A DNA stretch of 64,000 nt from Candidatus Omnitrophota bacterium (GTDB lineage: Bacteria > Omnitrophota > Gorgyraeia > Tantalellales > Tantalellaceae). The position numbers and the translations under genes are program-made. Under the pieces are notes generated by a model that made no database searches, had not been told where the DNA came from, and worked only from the letters and a program-made list of their open reading frames with translations. The DNA lies in NCBI GenBank assembly GCA_024277375.1, contig JAJRVD010000027.1:19063-83062 (forward strand). The letters run 5' to 3'. Of this stretch, positions 51,760-60,239 are shown one piece after another; within the stretch, counting starts at the first letter, position 1, and each line of letters begins with the position of its first letter.

Positions 51760-52609
51760 AAACTTCGGAGATATTTCGGGATCATTAACAGAGCTGGATT
51801 CGGCACGAATAGTGATCTTGCCGATCCCTTATGATAAAACAAGTACATGGATCAAGGGGGCCGATAATGGCCCCCTTGCTATTTTAGAGGCCTCGCGCGC
51901 GCTTGAATTATACGACATTGAAACTGATTATGAGGTTTATAAACACGGTATATATACCTGTCAACCGATTGTAACCGATTCCTCGCCCGAGGAAATGGTG
52001 CGGGAGGTCAAAAAAACAGTGCTTGGCCTTTTAGAGGATGAGAAGTTCGTTGTTACTCTCGGCGGCGAACATTCGGTAAGTATAGGCGCGGCGCAGGCTT
52101 ATGCCGATCAGTTTGATGATATTTCCGTGCTTCAATTGGACGCTCATTCGGACCTGAGAGATGAATATGAGGGGAGCCGATATAATCATGCCTGCGCGAT
52201 GGCTAGAATTAGTGAAATAGCTCCAATAGCGCAAGTCGGAATAAGGAGTATGGATTCGTCCGAGAAAAGTAAATTGGATAGTAAGAATGTATTTTTCGCC
52301 AGGGACATATGCGGGAAAGACGATTGGATAGACAAAGCAGTTGGTTGCCTTAAGCCTAACGTATATGTTACTATAGACTTGGATATGTTCGATCCGTCCA
52401 TTATGCCGGCAACCGGTACCCCGGAACCCGGTGGTCTTGATTGGTATTCGGTATTACGCTTTTTAAAATCCCTTAGCGAAAATAAAAATGTAGTGGGGTT
52501 TGATATCGCCGAACTTTGTCCGATGAAAGACAATAAGATCTCGGACTTTACAGCGGCAAAGCTTGTGTATAAGTTTTTAAGTTATGTGTTTAAAACTAAG
52601 GGAAAATGA
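51728..52609 (+). CDS. speB: Agmatinase
   Basis: GGEHS, DAHSDL, DLDMFDPS..TGTPEPGG, DIAEL. Confidence 0.93.
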   Translation: MRYIQNLKKYRNFGDISGSLTELDSARIVILPIPYDKTSTWIKGADNGPLAILEASRALELYDIETDYEVYKHGIYTCQPIVTDSSPEEMVREVKKTVLGLLEDEKFVVTLGGEHSVSIGAAQAYADQFDDISVLQLDAHSDLRDEYEGSRYNHACAMARISEIAPIAQVGIRSMDSSEKSKLDSKNVFFARDICGKDDWIDKAVGCLKPNVYVTIDLDMFDPSIMPATGTPEPGGLDWYSVLRFLKSLSENKNVVGFDIAELCPMKDNKISDFTAAKLVYKFLSYVFKTKGK

Positions 52610-55116
52610 TGAAATTATATAATTTCAATGAAATAGAGGAAACCTGGCAGGACTGGTGGCGCGAGACGGGTCTGTTCAAGGTTGATGAAAAAAACATTAA
52701 AGATAAATACTATTGTCTGATGATGTTCCCTTATCCGTCCGCGGCCCTGCATGTCGGTCATGGACGCAATTATATAATTGGCGATGTTGTGGCCAGATAT
52801 AACATGATGAAGGGGCTTAATGTCCTTACTCCTATGGGCTGGGACGCGTTCGGTCTGCCCGCTGAAAACGCGGCTATCAAAAATGGGATCGATCCCAAAA
52901 AGTCTACACTTAGCAATATTAACATGATGAAAGCTCAGTTGGCTTCCTGGGGTGTAAATTACGATTGGGATCGTGAGGTTACTTCATGCATGCCGGACTA
53001 TTATAAATGGACCCAGTGGATATTTCTGAAATTATATGAAAAAGTACTTGCGTATCGAAAAAATGCTTTCGTTAACTGGTGCTCTTCGTGTAATACGGTT
53101 CTCGCGAACGAACAGGTCATAGATGGAGCTTGCGAAAGATGTGATACCGAGGTCGATCAAAAAAGGCTGGAACAATGGTTTTTTAAGATCACGGATTACG
53201 CGCAGAAACTTATCGATGACCTGGATAAACTGGATGAATGGCCGGATAAGGTTAAAACAATGCAACGCAACTGGATCGGTCGATCAGAGGGTGTGAATAT
53301 CGATTTTCCTGTCTGTCATTCTGAGGCCTCGCCTGTCCCGAGTGAAGTCGAGGGGAAGAGCCCGAAGGATCTCAACCTTACCTGTTTTACTACCCGTGTA
53401 GATACTATTTATGGCTGTACATATATGGTTCTTGCCGCCGAGCATCCTATGATAGAAGAGCTCATAGCCGATAATCCCGAAAAAGACAAGATAATGAAAT
53501 TTGTGCAGGAAGTTCGCTCTAAATCACGCATACAACGCGTACAAACAGATACCGAAAAGAGAGGTATCTTTACGGGGCGTTACGTAATAAATCAGGTGAA
53601 TGGCAGGAAAATACCTTTATGGATAGCCGATTATGTCCTTATGGAATATGGCACGGGAGCCGTTATGGCAGTTCCCGCGCATGATCAGAGAGATTTTGAA
53701 TTCGCTAAAAAGTATGACCTCCCCGTCGAAGTCGTTATAGATGATCCAAAGGATCATCTAGATGCCGGTAAGTTGACCGAAGCTTATGAGAACGAAGGCG
53801 TGCTTACCGCTTCAGCGCAGTTTGACGGAATGAAAAATAAAGACGCGATGGAGTCTATAGCCGACTACATGGAAAAAGAAAAGATCGGCGAGAGAACTAT
53901 TCACTTCAAACTCAGAGACTGGCTTATTTCACGCCAAAGATATTGGGGCGCTCCCATACCGATGGTATATTGCGATAAGTGCGGTATTGTCCCGGTCCCG
54001 GAGGAAGACCTGCCTGTTCTTCTCCCCGAAGGTGTGGAATTCAGGCCCACGGGCGAATCCCCTTTAAAAGAAGCCTCGGATTTTGTTAAGACAACGTGCC
54101 CTGAATGCGGAGGAAATGCCAGGCGTGAAATTGATACTATGGATACTTTTGTGGATTCAAGCTGGTACTACCTGAGATATATATCACCGAAGGCTGATGA
54201 CAAGCCTTTTGAAAAGGCTGACGTGAACGGCTGGTTGCCGGTAGATCAATATATCGGTGGGGTAGAGCACGCGATATTGCACTTACTGTATTCGCGTTTT
54301 ATTACCAAAGTTCTTTCCGATATGGATTATATAGGCTTTGATGAGCCGTTCAAGCGTCTTTTTACTCAAGGGATGATAGTTAAAGACGGCGCTAAGATGT
54401 CTAAATCTAAGGGCAATGTGGTAGATCCGGCTGAACTTATAAAAAAATATGGAGCGGACACGGTTCGTTTGTATACACTCTTTTTAGGCCCGCCGGAAAA
54501 AGACGCCGAGTGGTCGGATAGGGGAGTTGAAGGGTCGTTCAGATTTGTAAAAAGAGCATGGAATCTTCTTGAAGTTCTTGGATCAGCGCCTGAGTTTGAG
54601 GGGAATAAAGAGGCCTCTCTGGGGCTTTTAAGAAAAATGCATCAGACCATAAAAAAGGTAACAGATGACATAGAGGATTCTTTTCATTTTAACACGGCCA
54701 TAAGTGCTGTTATGGAGCTTGTCAATTATGTGTACTCCGGGTTGAATGATAACGGCAAAGATTGTTTTAGCAAAAAATGTATGGAAGAAGTAGTAAAGAA
54801 TATGACGCTTCTCTTGGCGCCGTTCGTGCCGCATATCGCGGAAGAGATGCATAAACAAACCGGTGGAGAGAAGAGCGTTTTTGAGGAAACCTGGCCGTCT
54901 TTTAACGAAGATATGTTAGTGGAAGACATTATAGTTATTCCTGTCCAAGTTAATGGTAAACTTCGAAATACCATAGAGATGGCTAGAGGCATTGACGAAG
55001 AGACGGTCAGGGAGACCATTTTAGCGGACGATAAAACGAAGCCATGGTTAGAGGGTAAACAGATCCGCAAGTGGATAATAATCCCCGATAAGTTAGTGAA
55101 TATAGTTGTGCAGTAG
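52606..55116 (+). CDS. leuS: Leucine--tRNA ligase
   Basis: MFPYPS..HVGH, WLISRQRYWG, GGVEHAILHL, KMSKS. Confidence 0.98.
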   Translation: MMKLYNFNEIEETWQDWWRETGLFKVDEKNIKDKYYCLMMFPYPSAALHVGHGRNYIIGDVVARYNMMKGLNVLTPMGWDAFGLPAENAAIKNGIDPKKSTLSNINMMKAQLASWGVNYDWDREVTSCMPDYYKWTQWIFLKLYEKVLAYRKNAFVNWCSSCNTVLANEQVIDGACERCDTEVDQKRLEQWFFKITDYAQKLIDDLDKLDEWPDKVKTMQRNWIGRSEGVNIDFPVCHSEASPVPSEVEGKSPKDLNLTCFTTRVDTIYGCTYMVLAAEHPMIEELIADNPEKDKIMKFVQEVRSKSRIQRVQTDTEKRGIFTGRYVINQVNGRKIPLWIADYVLMEYGTGAVMAVPAHDQRDFEFAKKYDLPVEVVIDDPKDHLDAGKLTEAYENEGVLTASAQFDGMKNKDAMESIADYMEKEKIGERTIHFKLRDWLISRQRYWGAPIPMVYCDKCGIVPVPEEDLPVLLPEGVEFRPTGESPLKEASDFVKTTCPECGGNARREIDTMDTFVDSSWYYLRYISPKADDKPFEKADVNGWLPVDQYIGGVEHAILHLLYSRFITKVLSDMDYIGFDEPFKRLFTQGMIVKDGAKMSKSKGNVVDPAELIKKYGADTVRLYTLFLGPPEKDAEWSDRGVEGSFRFVKRAWNLLEVLGSAPEFEGNKEASLGLLRKMHQTIKKVTDDIEDSFHFNTAISAVMELVNYVYSGLNDNGKDCFSKKCMEEVVKNMTLLLAPFVPHIAEEMHKQTGGEKSVFEETWPSFNEDMLVEDIIVIPVQVNGKLRNTIEMARGIDEETVRETILADDKTKPWLEGKQIRKWIIIPDKLVNIVVQ

Positions 55117-55119
55117 CAA

Positions 55120-55318
55120 TAGTAAACACAGTTCGAATTCTTTCCCCGCGGAAATTTTTAACGCTTTTTTATCTTATTCTTAGCCCCGGCAAAACTCGTC
55201 CTTGATCAAACAAGTTTGTTCAAGGACTCAAACAGTTGCCGGTAGGTAGTTTGCCTTGCGAACAAGCTGAAAAGGCTAAATTTCCGAGGGGCCCCTTTAA
55301 TCCGAACTGTTTTTACTG
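55120..55318. repeat. About 200-nt foldback element downstream of leuS
   Basis: Nested arms agtaaacacagttcg/cgaactgtttttact and ccccgcggaaattt/aaatttccgagggg. Confidence 0.55.
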
Positions 55319-55608
55319 TATTCACTCATTCATCGACGGCTGTATCTGCCGGTATTTCAAGTTCCCGCGAGCTGTCATCCTGAGCGAGGCCCGAAGGGCC
55401 GAGTCGAAGGATCTCATAATATTGAATAAACAACATTTTTATTATACTTAACTTTGACTTAAAAGATAAGATATATTGAATAAAAATCAATAAAATGATA
55501 AAATTAAGAGCAACAGAAAGATAGTTGACAATAGGAGCAATGGGGACAGCCTCCTTTTGACCAAAAGGAGGCTGTCCCCATTGCTCCTATTGCCAGGAGA
55601 GATGAATT

Positions 55609-55965
55609 ATGGAACAAAAATCCGATTATTCTGAAAGAATAGTGCTGATCGGTCTTTGCGTTATATTATTCGCGGGTGCACTGTTCCTGAATGAGAAAGA
55701 CTCTCTTCAAGTCGAACGGCCGGATCTTATGAAAATTAAAGAGTTCTTGGATGAGAGGAAAATAGTTAATATAAATTCGGCTACTCCCGGTGAACTTACA
55801 GATCTTCCCGGGATCGGGAACGTGATGGCTCAAAGGATAGTGAAATATAGAAATGAGAATGGTAGTTTTAGTTTCGCTGATGATCTGTTAAAAATTAAAG
55901 GTATAGGCCCGAAGAAACTCGAGAAGATGAAGAGCTACATTAACGTAGGAGTGGCCTCAAGATAA
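55609..55965 (+). CDS. comEA: ComEA-family helix-hairpin-helix DNA-binding protein
   Basis: VNINSAT..L..LPGIG..A.RI..YR...G.F....DL..IKGIG. Confidence 0.9.
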   Translation: MEQKSDYSERIVLIGLCVILFAGALFLNEKDSLQVERPDLMKIKEFLDERKIVNINSATPGELTDLPGIGNVMAQRIVKYRNENGSFSFADDLLKIKGIGPKKLEKMKSYINVGVASR

Positions 55966-56526
55966 CGTAGGAGCGGCCTCCGGCCGCGAACATTATGAAA
56001 AAAATTCACAAACAAAATAATTTACGAAAGGCCAGGATATACAATTCGGAATATCCGTACTTTGTAACAATTTGTACCGACAGTGGGCAGGAGTTGTTTG
56101 TGGGGAAAAATATTCCGGAATTATTGATAGAGAGCATTAAATGGTTCGCGGATAATTCATTGATACTGAATCTCGGATTTGTGATTATGCCTGATCACTT
56201 ACATTGGGCGTTTGCTTTAGTAAGGGGAGAAAAATTGGATAATATTATGCGACGATACAAAAATTGTACCGCTCAAAAGAGAAAAGATCTTAAAGATGAT
56301 GACATTCGGATGTGGCAAAAAGGATGTTATGATCACTTATTGAGGAATGTATAGGATTGTGAAGTAAAACTCAAATATATGCATAACAACCCTGTTCGAA
56401 AAGGCCTGGTAGATATCCCAGAGGAATATCTATACTCTACAGCTAATGAGAAATACACGGATATGATAAATTGGGAGTATGTCTGGGGTTTATGAAATAT
56501 GTTCGCGGCCGGAGGCCGCTCCTACG
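55966..56526 (+). mobile_element. RAYT locus bounded by perfect 28-bp inverted REPs
   Basis: cgtaggagcggcctccggccgcgaacat (55966-55993) and its reverse complement (56499-56526); extra partial REP at 55944. Confidence 0.85.
55995..56495 (+). CDS. REP-associated tyrosine transposase (IS200/Y1 HUH), interrupted by in-frame TAG at 56352
   Basis: YFVTIC, VIMPDHLH, WQKG.YDH..R; YMHNNPVRKGLV..PEEY.YS continues in frame to TGA 56493. Confidence 0.88.
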
Positions 56527-58092
56527 ATGAAAAGGCCGATATTATTGTTGATAATTTCATATTTCGCGGGATTAATAGTTGTCGGGGTGACCGGAATTGC
56601 GATAGTTCCCGGGATTACAGTCGTCTTAATAACGTTTATTACTCTATCCGCCGTATTCTCGAAGAAGAAAAAAGTTTTTTATGCGCTTCTATGTGTTTTC
56701 TTTTTTTTGTTGGGAATTTTTAGATACTCTTCTGCCGTAACACCGGGCGCGGGGAATATATGTAATTTTGTGTCTGAAGAACCTGAGAGAGCTGTTCTTT
56801 ACGGAATTGTCGCTAGCCCCGGCGAGCATAAAGGGAAGTCATTTCGGGAACGTTTTGTGTTCCAGATAAAAGCGGAACGGCTGCTTATAGATGGGGAGGA
56901 ACATAAGGTTACGGGAGGCGTACAAATAGACCTTTATTCTTTGCGCAAGAAGCCCGCATTGGGGAATAGATTGGTTATTGGCGGTAAAATATTTCTGCCA
57001 AAAGGGGAAAGCGGACCCGATGGTTTTGACTATAAGGCTTACCTAAAGCGAAATAGTATTTACGCGGTAATGAGATCTTCGGAGGATGATTATTTTTTAA
57101 AGGTTGAGACCGGAAAGAACCCGATTATGCAATGCCAGCGATTTCTTTCGGAGGCCAGGACCCAAACGGACAGGCTATTCACCAAATATCTTCATGGTCA
57201 GACTCGTGACATTACCCGATCCATAGTTCTCGGCCTGCGTAGTACTCTAACCAAAGGCACAACTACCATATTCAGAAGGACAGGTACGATGCATATCCTG
57301 GCGGTAAGCGGTTTGCATATAGGGGTTGTAGCACTGATGTTGATGGGATCTTTGAAACTTATCAAGTGTCCGAAGATGGTAATGTGTTTCCTTGTGATAG
57401 CCGGGATATGTTCGTTTGCTGTTTTTACGGGCGCGCGAACATCTTCGATACGCGCCGCGATAATGGCGTCGTTCCTCTTGGTGGGTTTGGCGATGGAATG
57501 GAGGGTAGACATAATAAATACACTCATCCTGTCAGCGTTTATAATTACGTTTTTTCTCCCGGGGCAATTATTTCAACCGGGTTTTATCCTCTCGTACACA
57601 GCGGTCCTTTCGATAATTTACATAACACCCGTTACGGATCGGATGTTGAGAATCGTAAAGGGCGAAAGGTTTGAAAGCAGGATGGCGAGAATCCGGAGGT
57701 ACGCGTTAAAGTCAGTATCGGTATCGGTCGCGGTGTGGATAGGTATGGCCCCGGTGATCGCGGCATATTTCAACATAGTTACGCCTTCGGTGATATTGTC
57801 TAATCTTGTAGCGATCCCGATGCTTATAGTCGTGATCGGCCTGGGTTTTTCTCTGGCATTGGTTGGCGCGGTAAAGATTCTTGTGCCGATAGCCTTTGCT
57901 GTTTCCGGCATCCTGAATTTTTTGATACCACTTTTTTTAAAGACACTCCGGGACATCTCCAGTGTGCCTTTTTCGTTTATCGAAGTGCCCACGCCAAATT
58001 GGTTATTTATAGCGGGATACTATGCCGTTCTGGCGGGAGGATTAGTGAGAATTCGTTCAAACTGGTACGCCCGACAGGATTCGAACCTGTGA
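56527..58092 (+). CDS. comEC: ComEC/Rec2 competence protein without metallo-beta-lactamase domain
   Basis: GFDYKAYL, TGTMHILAVSGLHIG, SIRAAIM, GFILSY; start MKRP at 56527 just after the REP. Confidence 0.9.
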   Translation: MKRPILLLIISYFAGLIVVGVTGIAIVPGITVVLITFITLSAVFSKKKKVFYALLCVFFFLLGIFRYSSAVTPGAGNICNFVSEEPERAVLYGIVASPGEHKGKSFRERFVFQIKAERLLIDGEEHKVTGGVQIDLYSLRKKPALGNRLVIGGKIFLPKGESGPDGFDYKAYLKRNSIYAVMRSSEDDYFLKVETGKNPIMQCQRFLSEARTQTDRLFTKYLHGQTRDITRSIVLGLRSTLTKGTTTIFRRTGTMHILAVSGLHIGVVALMLMGSLKLIKCPKMVMCFLVIAGICSFAVFTGARTSSIRAAIMASFLLVGLAMEWRVDIINTLILSAFIITFFLPGQLFQPGFILSYTAVLSIIYITPVTDRMLRIVKGERFESRMARIRRYALKSVSVSVAVWIGMAPVIAAYFNIVTPSVILSNLVAIPMLIVVIGLGFSLALVGAVKILVPIAFAVSGILNFLIPLFLKTLRDISSVPFSFIEVPTPNWLFIAGYYAVLAGGLVRIRSNWYARQDSNL

Positions 58093-58139
58093 CCCTCTGC
58101 TTAGAAGGCAGATGCTCTATCCAGCTGAGCTACGGGCGC
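58063..58139 (-). tRNA. tRNA-Arg(TCT)
   Basis: Reverse complement GCGCCCGTAGCTCAG..tctgc-CTTCTAA-gcaga..GGTTCGAATCC..ACCA. Confidence 0.95.
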
Positions 58140-58147
58140 TCCAAGTT

Positions 58148-58231
58148 TGGTGCGGATGAAGGGATTCGAACCCCCACGGTAAAACCACTGGCTCCTAAGG
58201 CCAGCGCGTCTGCCAGTTCCGCCACATCCGC
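58148..58231 (-). tRNA. tRNA-Leu(TAG)
   Basis: Reverse complement GCGGATGTGGCGGAA..ctggc-CTTAGGA-gccag, variable arm, CCA. Confidence 0.95.
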
Positions 58232-58247
58232 ATTTATGCATATATAG

Positions 58248-58325
58248 TGGTCGGGAAGGTGGGATTCGAACCCACGACCCCCTGCTCCCAAAGCAGGTAC
58301 GCTAGCCAAACTGCGCCACTCCCCG
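58248..58325 (-). tRNA. tRNA-Pro(TGG)
   Basis: Reverse complement CGGGGAGTGGCGCAG..cctgc-TTTGGGA-gcagg..CCA. Confidence 0.95.
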
Positions 58326-58349
58326 AAATATTCTCAAAATAGAAACCTC

Positions 58350-58378
58350 ATTATAGCAATGCCGTTTTTCGAAGTCAA
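58350..58378 (-). promoter_or_regulatory. Promoter of tRNA Pro-Leu-Arg operon
   Basis: Minus strand TTGACT-17 bp-TATAAT. Confidence 0.7.
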
Positions 58379-58550
58379 GAACTGTTCGATATTTACCCGA
58401 TCCGGGTCTTTTCCGGGCCCTTTCCAGACCTTTCAGAAACTTCTTGTCTGCCAAATAGTACTGTAATATAATAACTTATCTTTTTTATGCAGGGAGTAGG
58501 GGCACAGCATACCGTGCTTCCACGTATACGAAATTACAAACAGAGAGGAT

Positions 58551-60065
58551 GTGGCGGGGATGTTTAGAACTTTTCTTGTATTAGTGTTGTGTCTATCTTT
58601 TTCCTGCGGTGATGTTTTTGCCCAGGCGAAGGCGGATGACGAGCTTTTGAAAAAGGGTATTTATCTGTTTCGTCAGGAAAACTATGATGAGGCTCTTGAC
58701 GCTTTCAGCGAGGTGATAAAAAAAGATCCGAAGTCTTCTCTGGCAGAGTACTACATGGCTCTCACGTATAAGAGAACAGAAAACTATGTTGCTTCAAGAG
58801 AACATTTCGAGAAATCCTTAAGTTTAACTCCGAAGATCAAAGGCGCGCTTATAGAGTTGGTCGATCTCCTTTACCGTCTTGGGGAATATGACGAAGCTAA
58901 GAAATGGATCAAGATTGCGGAAGAGGAAGGTGTACGTCCCGCCCAGACAAAATTCCTTAAAGGTCTTACTCTTCAGAAGAACGGGGAATACGTTGAAGCC
59001 ATAAAAGCGTTCGCGGACGCTAAAGATCTGGATGATAAGCTGATACAATCGGCGGATTATCAGACCGGTGTTTGTTATCTGAAAATGAAGAGATATTCTG
59101 ACGCTCGGGATCTTTTTAAAGATGTTTTTGCCGTGGACCCTTATTCGGATATTGCCGAACAGGCTAACACATATGTCGTGGCTTTGGAACGTAAGATCGA
59201 AAAAGACAAACCTTTTCATTTTACGGCTAAAGCCGCCTTCGAGTACGATTCTAATGTTATTTTAAAACCTACGGATTCCACTCTTGTCTCGGGGGTGACC
59301 GACCAGGATGACACCCGACAGGTATTTGACCTGAAAGGCGATTATACGTTCAAGACGGAAGATAATTTCCTCAGCCTGAAGACAGGATATGGGTTTAAGG
59401 TCTCCAAACAAAATGATTTCGGCGCTTACGATCTCGTCGGCCACAACGTTTCGGCCCAGGGTAGTATTTCGTTTAAGAAAGTGCTTGTTACATTTCCGGT
59501 GAACTACAGCTATACGGTAGTTAACGAGAAAAATTATCTTTCAAGTTTTACCGCCGGAAACATTAATAATTTCATGTTGGGTAAAACTCAAATGGCGCAG
59601 TTAGGCGCGCTCTATACACACGATGACTATTTGCGACCCTCGGCTACCGCAAGTGAAGACAGAACAGGAAATGAGCTTACGGCGATCGCCGGATGGTTCC
59701 ATTTTTTTAACGGGGGAAAAGGATTTGTGAATTTGAAATACAGCTATAACAAAGATTGGACGAAAGGTGCTAACTGGCAATACTCCGGACATAAGATCAA
59801 TGCCGGTGTTTTGTATCCCTTTTGGGACAAATTTAAGTTGAGCGTAAATGGTGAAGTGTTCCTGCAAAATTTTGATAATACCCATACGGTTTTTGACAAA
59901 AAGCGGCAGGATCAGGTATATACGGCCGCGTCACTTTTGTCTTATGAATTTTTAAAGAATATGGAAGTTCAGGTTCGGTATACATATGTGAACGAAAGAT
60001 CGAATCTTAGTGTTTATGAGTACGACAGGCACATAATAAGCACGGGTGTACAATATAAGTTTTAG
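58551..60065 (+). CDS. TPR plus C-terminal beta-barrel outer-membrane protein (Slam/DUF560-like)
   Basis: Signal peptide, about 5 TPRs, FEYDSNV barrel start, C-terminal SNLSVYEYDR..GVQYKF. Confidence 0.8.
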   Translation: MAGMFRTFLVLVLCLSFSCGDVFAQAKADDELLKKGIYLFRQENYDEALDAFSEVIKKDPKSSLAEYYMALTYKRTENYVASREHFEKSLSLTPKIKGALIELVDLLYRLGEYDEAKKWIKIAEEEGVRPAQTKFLKGLTLQKNGEYVEAIKAFADAKDLDDKLIQSADYQTGVCYLKMKRYSDARDLFKDVFAVDPYSDIAEQANTYVVALERKIEKDKPFHFTAKAAFEYDSNVILKPTDSTLVSGVTDQDDTRQVFDLKGDYTFKTEDNFLSLKTGYGFKVSKQNDFGAYDLVGHNVSAQGSISFKKVLVTFPVNYSYTVVNEKNYLSSFTAGNINNFMLGKTQMAQLGALYTHDDYLRPSATASEDRTGNELTAIAGWFHFFNGGKGFVNLKYSYNKDWTKGANWQYSGHKINAGVLYPFWDKFKLSVNGEVFLQNFDNTHTVFDKKRQDQVYTAASLLSYEFLKNMEVQVRYTYVNERSNLSVYEYDRHIISTGVQYKF

Positions 60066-60080
60066 CGGATCCCCGTCTTT

Positions 60081-60200
60081 CAGACTATGTCAAGATGTAG
60101 GGGCTTGATTTATCAAGCCCGTTATATCGGGTTCGATGAATCGAACCCCTACAACATTATTGCAGGCAGCCCGTCGCGAAATGACTTTTGGTACAGTCTG
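60081..60200 (-). mobile_element. 120-bp MITE copy 4 (reverse orientation)
   Basis: cagactatgtc...ggtacagtctg with the same REP doublet; splits a ggatccccg..ttcgcg..gatgac hairpin repeat. Confidence 0.75.
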
Positions 60201-60239
60201 TTCGCGATGGATGACAGACAAGACAATGGAGGTAATATA

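Noticed and set aside
4874-56354. Genome-wide TAA/TAG-to-Glu recoding or pyrrolysine
   Set aside because: TAG/TAA end conserved genes normally (leuS, gpmI, accA); the Glu-rich 3657-aa ORF has no internal stop; no pyl genes are in the window; recoding cannot explain the ATG>ATT change.
58148-58231. tRNA with TAG in the anticodon as an amber suppressor
   Set aside because: Anticodon UAG reads CUA (Leu); a suppressor would need CUA or UUA.
17309-60200. Palindromic repeats as CRISPR repeats
   Set aside because: They are dispersed, not regularly spaced with unique spacers, and no cas genes are present.
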